28,390 nt of DNA from a virus. Lineage: Duplodnaviria; Caudoviricetes. A program made the translations under genes and the position numbers. Location of the stretch: positions 1 through 28,390 of the IMG/VR virus record IMGVR_UViG_3300024999_000316; one strand, given 5' to 3'. Below are positions 1 through 6,322 of the stretch, piece by piece (within the stretch, counting starts at the first letter, position 1; each line of letters starts with the position of its first letter). The notes under the pieces were generated by a model. That model made no database searches. It worked only from the letters and a program-made list of their open reading frames with translations, and was not told where the DNA came from.

Positions 1-2
1 AG

Positions 3-107
3 CTAGGCTCCACCATAGTATACTTCATAGCGGAAATCAGTCTCTAGGCATGGCATGTATATCTTGTTGAACACTTTAGCACTTATGCGTATATCAATGT
101 TGGGCAT
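3..107 (-). CDS. terL: Terminase large subunit (PBSX-like), N-terminal 34 aa only, stopped by TAG inside Walker A; possible exon 1
   Basis: RBS GGAGGTG at 120-114; manual translation MPNIDIRISAKVFNKIYMPCLETDFRYEVYYGGA* resembles PBSX TerL N-termini (VFN.xY...RYEVYYGGA[S/G]SGKS); lies downstream of terS. Confidence 0.8.
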   Translation of the reverse strand: MPNIDIRISAKVFNKIYMPCLETDFRYEVYYGGA

Positions 108-140
108 TGGCATCACCTCCAATAATAGAAATATCTATAA

Positions 141-314
141 TTAGCCATTATTACACCATCCGGTATGGATAATTGTTGCGGGTTCATGTATTGCCATCAC
201 ATAGGGTTCGTCTTTGCAGGTTGTTCCGTTGAATACGCGGCATGAAGCACAGTTGGTTTTGCCGTAAGTAGGGTCTGTTGGATCGAATACTTTACACGCT
301 CTGTTTTCAGACAT
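141..314 (-). CDS. Small Cys-rich hypothetical protein (57 aa)
   Basis: AGGAGG RBS precedes ATG at 314 (preferred over 347); CxxC present. Confidence 0.6.
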   Translation of the reverse strand: MSENRACKVFDPTDPTYGKTNCASCRVFNGTTCKDEPYVMAIHEPATIIHTGWCNNG

Positions 315-370
315 GCTATTTCCTCCTGAAATTGGGCTTGTAATCAAGGGTTTGGGGTTGAAAGAAGGGG

Positions 371-901
371 TTAAGGGGTTTGAGGTTTCAATAACTTAAA
401 CTTCTGCCGAACATACTCAGGAATAAACGGTTCCAAATCATTCTGAAACAACAGGTAAAGATTCAGCGACAACCGATTAGATGAGAAAAAGTAAATAGGG
501 TTGAAATAATATTGAGTGACGATATCATCCTCACCAACCTTCACCTCTACCCTAGCAATAATCCTATGCTTAATCATCCTATTTAAAAAGGTAACTGTAT
601 GTCTGTCTGTATCCCTGATAACCCTTGCCATCTGTTCGACACTCATCACTCTTATGCCACCATTACCGCGGTATCCAATCATATTAGTAGTGGAGTAAAC
701 CTTCTTACTCAATAGGAATAAGTTTGCTATGTCAGTCTTGGTTATCTTTTTAGGAAGTTCTACATCTTGGAACGTCTTGACGAATCCGGTCTTATTCCAA
801 AATAGATAACCTTTTTCCTCGTCAAACATATCTTTAAAATAAGCTCTTTTCGTATTAACTATCTCTCCATTTTCATCAATAATATTAGTCACCTTATGCA
901 C
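371..901 (-). CDS. RepL-like winged-helix DNA-binding protein
   Basis: GGAGGTGG RBS; N-terminal I.D.NGEI, HTH-like MSVEQMARVI..TDRHTVTFLNRM and YYFNP motif recall Firmicute RepL-like proteins. Confidence 0.6.
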   Translation of the reverse strand: MHKVTNIIDENGEIVNTKRAYFKDMFDEEKGYLFWNKTGFVKTFQDVELPKKITKTDIANLFLLSKKVYSTTNMIGYRGNGGIRVMSVEQMARVIRDTDRHTVTFLNRMIKHRIIARVEVKVGEDDIVTQYYFNPIYFFSSNRLSLNLYLLFQNDLEPFIPEYVRQKFKLLKPQTP

Positions 902-921
902 TAAACCACCTCCAAAAACGT

Positions 922-949
922 AGGTGCATTTGGAATATCGTATGCACCT
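922..949. promoter_or_regulatory. Inverted repeat just upstream of the RepL-like gene (possible operator)
   Basis: AGGTGCAT-N12-ATGCACCT. Confidence 0.4.
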
Positions 950-1139
950 GTAAAATTAGGCAATAAAAAATAATTAAAATCACCAAAAGCGTTGATATAA
1001 GCCACTTTTAGGCATTTAAACCGAGATAATTAATGATTAATCACGTAGACTCACAATAATAACTACGTCTGAGTACGCATGATTTGAGTTCATCGCATAA
1101 CAAACACCCCTCACTATCGCAAAGGGCATTACTAAAAAT

Positions 1140-1500
1140 CTATAAAAATTGAGCGCGCAAAATTTGGAATGCGGCATTGGGCTTTGCTTTAGTTTTGGGG
1201 TTCATGCTTATGTTGGAGTTATGCTTTATGTATTGAGTTTATTAGGAAGTGTTCGTATGGATATACTTGTGGATTATGTTTTTGTAGGAGAGGATGAGGT
1301 ATTCATGGTTGATGAATTCATTGGAGAGATAGGGGGAGAGGTATACATATATACGATGGGTATACCGGCCCCATGCCTCGGTGGTCCTAGTACCGTCCCC
1401 CTACCCCTAGTGTCCGGTCAGTCCGGCATATCAGACATACCCCATAGGGCAGAGCAGGGAGAGCAGGACAAGGACAATACTCATCCTTGGTAATGACTAG
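1140..1500. other. Putative packaging initiation / genome terminus region
   Basis: Non-coding gap between terS and terL; + strand switches from G/T-rich to C/A-rich at about 1370-1390; G-run/C-run, GTATAC palindromes and AAAATTGAGCGCGCAAAATTT. Confidence 0.4.
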
Positions 1501-1608
1501 TAGTGTAGAGCGACAGCCATCTAGCACAACTATCATCTGTTTGGCATTGGCTACCGGATATCCAATAGTCTTTGCTTTGTGCCATGTCCTAATGGATGAT
1601 CACTGAAC

Positions 1609-1640
1609 GAATGTTACACAATGGTAATTCTGTCACATTC
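1609..1640. other. dif-like / tyrosine-recombinase core site (inverted arms, 6-bp spacer)
   Basis: GAATGTTACACAA-TGGTAA-TTCTGTCACATTC; arms 11/13 complementary and similar to the XerD-type half-site TTATGTAAACT. Confidence 0.5.
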
Positions 1641-1651
1641 AAAATCAACCT

Positions 1652-1671
1652 ATAGGCTGATCTCAGCCTAT
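1652..1671. repeat. Perfect 9-bp inverted repeat
   Basis: ATAGGCTGA-TC-TCAGCCTAT. Confidence 0.7.
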
Positions 1672-1774
1672 TACCTCTCAAAACACCCTCTAAATGATAA
1701 TACAAAGGTCTAATTCCACCACTGAAGGACACTATTATATCAACTATTAAAATATAATAGTTATAAATAATATA

Positions 1775-2320
1775 TTACTCAGTGTCTTCAATGCGGATTG
1801 TGATAGTTTGAGCGGCATCTACTTCAACCTTATCTACAAACATGCCCAGGTGCTTACCGATCATATCTAATGCACCTTTTTTGTCGTGTAGCTTGAACTT
1901 AAACGTCCCATCTTTGCCAATAGACACCTCATTCACCATAGATCCATCTATTTCCTCAGAAGATTTGGCATCTACTATTTGTTTGTATCCATATATAGGA
2001 TTTCCCTCGTCATCAGTGTCCACAATTGTCTTCTCAGTCTTAAACGAAAGGAAGTCTTTTATGTCTGAAAAGGCTATTTTGGCATATTCCGCAACCACTC
2101 TCTCTACTGTTGCCATGTTCCTATATTTAACTTCATCCTGTAATTGTTCAATCCTTTGGGCGAGCTTTGGGTTTGCAAATAGCTTGCAAGCTTCTTCATC
2201 AATGCATTTATCAGACATGTTCCCAGCATCATAAGCCGCCTTATACGCTTCCCTTTGAGTCATCCCAGTAAATAACCCTTGAGCATATTTCTCTTGCTTA
2301 ACTGTCAACTTTACACCCAT
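1775..2320 (-). CDS. terS: Terminase small subunit
   Basis: LTVKQEKYAQG..AYKAAY..EACKL..NPK N-terminal HTH and KLHDKKGALDMIGKHLGMF C-terminal motif. Confidence 0.93.
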   Translation of the reverse strand: MGVKLTVKQEKYAQGLFTGMTQREAYKAAYDAGNMSDKCIDEEACKLFANPKLAQRIEQLQDEVKYRNMATVERVVAEYAKIAFSDIKDFLSFKTEKTIVDTDDEGNPIYGYKQIVDAKSSEEIDGSMVNEVSIGKDGTFKFKLHDKKGALDMIGKHLGMFVDKVEVDAAQTITIRIEDTE

Positions 2321-2517
2321 ACTTAATCACCTTCCATCTTATTAGTTAGTCGAAGCTAATCGTTAATACCCCACAACAAGCCCTACAATGCTATTTTAAG
2401 CCCACTACTAAGCAATTCAATGCATTCCTACTCAATAACTTAATAGCACTCTTAAAACATTACTTCTATAGAGCAACACAAAAACAAAATAAACTTAACT
2501 ATATTTGATAAATGACA

Positions 2518-2547
2518 TTGCATAAATCATATCATTAGGTATATAAT
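2518..2547 (+). promoter_or_regulatory. Promoter P1 (sigmaA-type) with operator-like spacer
   Basis: TTGCAT-18-TATAAT; spacer has AATCATATCATT, one mismatch from a palindrome. Confidence 0.7.
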
Positions 2548-2580
2548 AACATCAGATCAAAAAAACGAGGGAGGAAACAC

Positions 2581-2739
2581 ATGGCACACTTATTTATCGT
2601 TAAAGTCTTTGAAGATGGAGAATCCTTTGAGTACGAGTTCGGCAACCTCAAGCATGCTAGAGAATCATTCGATAACGAGTCAAGCGCCCAACTACTCGAA
2701 TACATCGACGGCAAGTATCATCTTGTAGAGGCTAAATAA
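2581..2739 (+). CDS. Small acidic hypothetical protein (52 aa; not in ORF track)
   Basis: GAGGGAGG RBS; MAHLFIVKVFEDGESFEYEFGNLKHARESFDNESSAQLLEYIDGKYHLVEAK; TAATG overlap with next gene. Confidence 0.8.
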   Translation: MAHLFIVKVFEDGESFEYEFGNLKHARESFDNESSAQLLEYIDGKYHLVEAK

Positions 2740-3302
2740 TGAATAGTGACAAGATCATCCTTGATTTATGTGGAGGAACTGGTTCATGGTCTAAGCCGTA
2801 CAAAAATCACGGATATGACGTCCGGCTTATTACTTTGCCTAAACATGATGTATTAACTTATGTACCACCTGATAATGTCTATGGAGTATTAGCGGCTCCG
2901 GTATGTACAGACTTTAGTGTCAGCGGGGCGCAATACTGGAATAGGAAGGACCAGGACGGAACAACCATTAAATCTATGTCAATCACAATGGCATGTTTAC
3001 GCATCATAGCAATGACCAGGCCTTCATTTTGGGCACTAGAAAACCCAGTTGGTAGACTTAGAAAATGGCTAGGAGATCCGCAGTTAATATTTAATCCTTG
3101 TGATTATGGCGATCCCTACACAAAGAAAACTCTCTTGTGGGGAAGATTCAATGAGCCGAAAAGGAATCCAGTCGAACCAATCAGGGTTTGCAGTCAAGGA
3201 AGTTGGTTGCAAAAGCTAGGTGGCAAGTCAGAAAAAACTAAAATGTTACGCAGTATGACACCCCAGGGATTTGCAAACGCCTTTTATAACGCTAATAAGT
3301 AA
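2739..3302 (+). CDS. Compact C5-cytosine DNA methyltransferase-like protein
   Basis: Motif I-like DLCGGTGSW, motif IV-like AAPVC, motif VI-like ENPV; little room for a target-recognition domain. Confidence 0.75.
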   Translation: MNSDKIILDLCGGTGSWSKPYKNHGYDVRLITLPKHDVLTYVPPDNVYGVLAAPVCTDFSVSGAQYWNRKDQDGTTIKSMSITMACLRIIAMTRPSFWALENPVGRLRKWLGDPQLIFNPCDYGDPYTKKTLLWGRFNEPKRNPVEPIRVCSQGSWLQKLGGKSEKTKMLRSMTPQGFANAFYNANK

Positions 3303-3314
3303 GGAGATAACACA

Positions 3315-3482
3315 ATGACAAGTGGAGGTAAACGCCCCGGCTCCGGTCGCAAACCAATAAAAGCAAAAGCAACCAACCGCACAATCCGCATGACCGATAC
3401 AGAATGGTCCACCATACGCCAACTAGCCACAGAAGCAGGGCAAACCATATCAGACTACATCCGAACTAAGGCCACTAAATAA
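3315..3482 (+). CDS. Small regulator: AT-hook-like motif plus ribbon-helix-helix (55 aa; not in ORF track)
   Basis: AAGGAG RBS; MTSGGKRPGSGRKPIKAKATNRTIRMTDTEWSTIRQLATEAGQTISDYIRTKATK shows the RHH strand-helix-G-x-x-x-S-helix pattern. Confidence 0.85.
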   Translation: MTSGGKRPGSGRKPIKAKATNRTIRMTDTEWSTIRQLATEAGQTISDYIRTKATK

Positions 3483-3496
3483 GTGGTCTTCTCTTT
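3468..3496 (+). terminator. Terminator T1 overlapping the RHH stop codon
   Basis: AAGGCCACT-AAATA-AGTGGTCTT followed by CTCTTT. Confidence 0.65.
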
Positions 3497-3522
3497 ACCA
3501 AAAAATAATCCCTAAATACCTC

Positions 3523-3551
3523 TTGACATACTAGCCAACTAGCTATACAAT
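3523..3551 (+). promoter_or_regulatory. Promoter P2 (sigmaA near-consensus) with tandem operator-like repeat
   Basis: TTGACA-17-TACAAT; ACTAGC repeated with 8-bp period (3530, 3538) in the spacer. Confidence 0.85.
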
Positions 3552-3566
3552 ACACACAAGATCAAC

Positions 3567-3673
3567 GAACCGAAAGCATCCTCTACCAACTCAGCCAAAC
3601 AAAAGCGTCCCTCAGCCGAGTGATGGTCTGAGACAGCCTAACAAGGCAAGAGTTGGCACGATGCGGAAGGTTC
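3567..3673 (+). ncRNA. Structured 5' leader RNA (multi-stem junction), family unknown
   Basis: Nested pairings GAACC/GGTTC, GCATC/GATGC, CCAACTC/GAGTTGG enclosing hairpins CTCAG/CTGAG and GCCT/AGGC. Confidence 0.6.
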
Positions 3674-3694
3674 AAATTAAGAGGAGGAACCCAC

Positions 3695-3871
3695 ATGAAA
3701 AAGACAAAAACTAGGATTGCCTACGGATACCACAAGGAAAGCGGAAAAACATTTAATCTCGGAGATACCATTGAAGCAGCATTAAAAGCAAACATGATGT
3801 ACCGAGAGTACGAAAAAGCATTAGTAAAAGCAAACCCACAGCTTGAAATAACTTTCAAAATTGAGCAGTAA
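3695..3871 (+). CDS. Small basic hypothetical protein (58 aa)
   Basis: GAGGAGG RBS before ATG 3695; the track start at 3653 lies in the structured leader. Confidence 0.8.
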   Translation: MKKTKTRIAYGYHKESGKTFNLGDTIEAALKANMMYREYEKALVKANPQLEITFKIEQ

Positions 3872-3883
3872 CCACCAGGGAGC

Positions 3884-3935
3884 TTTTGCTCTCGCCTCTA
3901 CATCCTTTAAGTAGGGTGTGGAGGCGGAAGTAAAA
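3884..3935 (+). other. Long intergenic RNA hairpin (possible processing/stability element)
   Basis: CGCCTCTACATCCT-TTAAGT-AGGGTGTGGAGGCG (14 bp, two G-U) extended by TTTTGCT/AGTAAAA. Confidence 0.65.
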
Positions 3936-3955
3936 ACTTGAAAGAAGGAATTGAT

Positions 3956-4786
3956 ATGGCAGCAGCTAAACAAAACGTATACGAAATGGTAACTGAGCGC
4001 ATCATTAAGAAACTTGAATCAGGCGTTATACCCTGGAGAAAACCTTGGAATTCATGCGGCGCAGTAGCTTGGGAAACTCAAAGAGAATATCGCGGCATCA
4101 ACGCAATGTTACTCGAACCCGGCGAATATGCTACCTTCAATAAAATAAAAGAATCTGGTGGCAAAGTCAAAAAGGGAGCTAAAGGACAAATGGTGGTATT
4201 CTGGAAAATGTTTGAGAATGAAGAAGATCCCGAGAAGAAAATTCCCTTTCTGAGATACTTCACGGTTTTTGAGATCAATACCCAAGTTGAGGGGATGAAG
4301 TCCAAGCGCAAAGAAGTAGTAGCTAACGAACATAGTCCTATCGAATCAGCAGAGCAAATAAAAGTAGCCTACCGGAATTGCCCTCCGATAAGCTACGCGC
4401 CAGGTAAAGCCTTCTATATGCCTTCCACCGACTCGATAAGTGTACCAGAAATAAACGACTACAACAACCCCGAAGAATTCTATTCCACTATGTTCCACGA
4501 AATGGTACATAGCACAGGTCATAAGTCGCGATTGAACCGGACCGGAATCACTGGAATAGCAGCATTCGGTTCAGAGACTTACAGTAAGGAGGAATTAGTA
4601 GCAGAGATTGGAGCCGCGATGCTTTGCACAGTTGCAGGGATTGACCAAACAACCTTTGAAAATTCAGCATCTTATGTCTCATCTTGGTTGAGAGCATTAA
4701 AGGGAGATCCTAAACTCGTAGTATTCGCAGCAAGTCAAGCGCAAAAAGCAGCAGACCACATTAGAGGAATCAAGGCAGAGTATTAA
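3956..4786 (+). CDS. ardC: ArdC-family antirestriction protein (ssDNA-binding domain plus zincin-like domain)
   Basis: VYEMVTERII..LE.GVIPWRKPW, YRGINAMLL, VFEI.TQ, HEMVHSTGH (HExxH), YSKEELVAEIGAA, SASYVSSWL, AASQAQKAAD; start moved from 3938 to ATG 3956. Confidence 0.92.
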   Translation: MAAAKQNVYEMVTERIIKKLESGVIPWRKPWNSCGAVAWETQREYRGINAMLLEPGEYATFNKIKESGGKVKKGAKGQMVVFWKMFENEEDPEKKIPFLRYFTVFEINTQVEGMKSKRKEVVANEHSPIESAEQIKVAYRNCPPISYAPGKAFYMPSTDSISVPEINDYNNPEEFYSTMFHEMVHSTGHKSRLNRTGITGIAAFGSETYSKEELVAEIGAAMLCTVAGIDQTTFENSASYVSSWLRALKGDPKLVVFAASQAQKAADHIRGIKAEY

Positions 4787-4835
4787 TACCACAAGGTCAG
4801 CCGGGTACCCATTGCTCGGAGAAGGAGGAAACCAC

Positions 4836-4970
4836 ATGCAAGTAGTCCTAAACACCAAAATATCCCTAGAACTCAGGCAACAATTAGACCAGCACTCCAA
4901 GGACACCAACAAGGCAATGGCTAAGATAGTAGCAGAAGCACTAGAAGCATACTTCAAGGCTCTCAAATAG
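4836..4970 (+). CDS. CopG/Arc-like ribbon-helix-helix regulator (44 aa; not in ORF track)
   Basis: AAGGAGG RBS; MQVVLNTKISLELRQQLDQHSKDTNKAMAKIVAEALEAYFKALK. Confidence 0.85.
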   Translation: MQVVLNTKISLELRQQLDQHSKDTNKAMAKIVAEALEAYFKALK

Positions 4971-4980
4971 AGAGTCTTTC
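4956..4980 (+). terminator. Terminator T2 overlapping the RHH stop codon
   Basis: AAGGCTCTC-AAATA-GAGAGTCTT. Confidence 0.65.
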
Positions 4981-5076
4981 CTCTACCCCTAAGCCCACAG
5001 ATTAACATTGCATTACAACGCTAATTACTAAGCTCAAGCATCCTAAATAAACTTGATTAAATACCCACGAATCATG

Positions 5077-5115
5077 TTGACATCTATCTTGAAAAGTAGT
5101 ACAATAAATCAAGAT
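5077..5115 (+). promoter_or_regulatory. Promoter P3 (sigmaA near-consensus) with inverted-repeat operator
   Basis: TTGACA(5077)-17-TACAAT(5100); ATCTTGA(5086) and TCAAGAT(5109) bracket the -10. Confidence 0.85.
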
Positions 5116-5136
5116 TAAATAAAGGAGGTCGCCAAC

Positions 5137-5583
5137 ATGCTTTATCATCGCTTTACCAATTCTAAAAATCCAATGTCAAACTGGGGACACGCAATGTTTT
5201 CCACTAATAGGAATAAGGTAGAAAACTACGGTGTAAACGAGTTCGTTTTTGCATCCACTAAAGACAATCGCCGCACAATTAAATCCTTGAAGTCCCTGAT
5301 CATTAAAACTTGGAAGCACGACCAGGCGAATGGATTTAGTGGGGATTTCGGAAACGGATGTACAGATGATTACTACTACAACGTAAAAGAAAATGACGTT
5401 GATGCACTCAGTATATACAACAGCTTTGACCCATCCGACATTGTAGACTCTGCCAACGCTTGGGACTCTGATCTATATCAATGGTTCTGGGAGCGCATCG
5501 CAGAGCCTAACGGAATTATGGCCGTAACCACTCAGGATGGCGCGATAGTTTTTGATGTAGACTTAATCATGGAGGTATGCTAA
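5137..5583 (+). CDS. Hypothetical protein, possible ADP-ribosyltransferase-like fold
   Basis: AAGGAGG RBS; pattern LYHR...GHAMFS...YG...GIMAVTTQDGAIVFD..LI; ORF is solid, fold call is tentative. Confidence 0.55.
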   Translation: MLYHRFTNSKNPMSNWGHAMFSTNRNKVENYGVNEFVFASTKDNRRTIKSLKSLIIKTWKHDQANGFSGDFGNGCTDDYYYNVKENDVDALSIYNSFDPSDIVDSANAWDSDLYQWFWERIAEPNGIMAVTTQDGAIVFDVDLIMEVC

Positions 5584-5841
5584 ATGTCTAAAGAGGACGA
5601 GGTTATGAGCGCGAGAATTGCAAGGGTTAAGTCAGTCATTAGCAAGATATTGGATGGGTGCTCAAATTGCCCAGATATCCAATTTGGTTGGAGTGGATCG
5701 CTTATCGAGGTTTACCTAGATGGTGGTAACTACCAAATACGTAACCTTATCGAGTCCCATTTTGTAAACAGCAGAAGGTACAAAGGAGTTACGATCCAAA
5801 ATAACGACACAAAAAAACGTATTAGCTTTGTTTTAGCCTGA
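5584..5841 (+). CDS. Hypothetical protein (85 aa)
   Basis: GGAGG RBS inside the upstream gene; abuts its stop. Confidence 0.75.
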   Translation: MSKEDEVMSARIARVKSVISKILDGCSNCPDIQFGWSGSLIEVYLDGGNYQIRNLIESHFVNSRRYKGVTIQNNDTKKRISFVLA

Positions 5842-5865
5842 AGGAAAGAAAGGAAGTTTTATGAC

Positions 5866-6132
5866 ATGAAAAAGTACGAGTATTATGAGATCACCGCTCA
5901 AAAATGCATCAAAGGTGACACTGGGAACGAGTTTAGCGGCCCAAATAATGATGCGGAATACGAGAAAATCAGTTTTAAGGTCCGAGGTACATCCCACACG
6001 CAACATATTTGGAACAGAACGCACATTAACGGCCTATCGAAAGATGCTGAATCTAAAATCCAAAAACTCAAAGGAGATGGCTATGAAGTTTGGACATCTG
6101 TGGGGGCAAATATTGCACACGTAGAAAACTAA
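5866..6132 (+). CDS. Hypothetical protein (88 aa)
   Basis: AAGGAAG RBS; co-oriented in cassette 3. Confidence 0.7.
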   Translation: MKKYEYYEITAQKCIKGDTGNEFSGPNNDAEYEKISFKVRGTSHTQHIWNRTHINGLSKDAESKIQKLKGDGYEVWTSVGANIAHVEN

Positions 6133-6144
6133 CGGAGGTAATAA

Positions 6145-6321
6145 ATGGATAAGACGCAAACGCAACCCGCAACCCACGGCGGCTACCGCCCCGGCTCCGG
6201 ACGCAAACCAACTGGCCGCACTCGCCGAACATTCCAGCTCACAGATGCCGAGTACGCAAAGCTAAAAGAGCTACTGTCCAAAATAAGGACTACTAAATCG
6301 AACGAAGAAAGAAGGAATTAG
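6145..6321 (+). CDS. Small regulator with AT-hook-like motif plus RHH-like strand/helix (58 aa; paralog of 3315..3482; not in ORF track)
   Basis: GGAGG RBS; MDKTQTQPATHGGYRPGSGRKPTGRTRRTFQLTDAEYAKLKELLSKIRTTKSNEERRN. Confidence 0.85.
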   Translation: MDKTQTQPATHGGYRPGSGRKPTGRTRRTFQLTDAEYAKLKELLSKIRTTKSNEERRN

Positions 6322-6322
6322 G

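Noticed and set aside
1-107. TAG reassignment (Gln or pyrrolysine) as the explanation for the terL stop
   Set aside because: Read-through gives GGA-X-L, not a Walker A, and TAG ends several genes at natural positions (RecT, 4970, 6321, 7086)
1149-1493. 114-aa + strand ORF in the terS-terL gap
   Set aside because: No RBS, TTG start, and its composition simply tracks the G/T-to-C/A skew; more likely non-coding
3572-3651. Hammerhead ribozyme in the P2 leader (CTGAGA, a hairpin, GAAA)
   Set aside because: The core CUGANGA and the GAAA after stem II are not present in the required order and spacing
3653-3694. ORF-track N-terminal extension at 3653 (likewise 3938 for ardC and 347, 11825, 12130, 26445)
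   Set aside because: Better RBS-linked or overlap-coupled starts lie downstream
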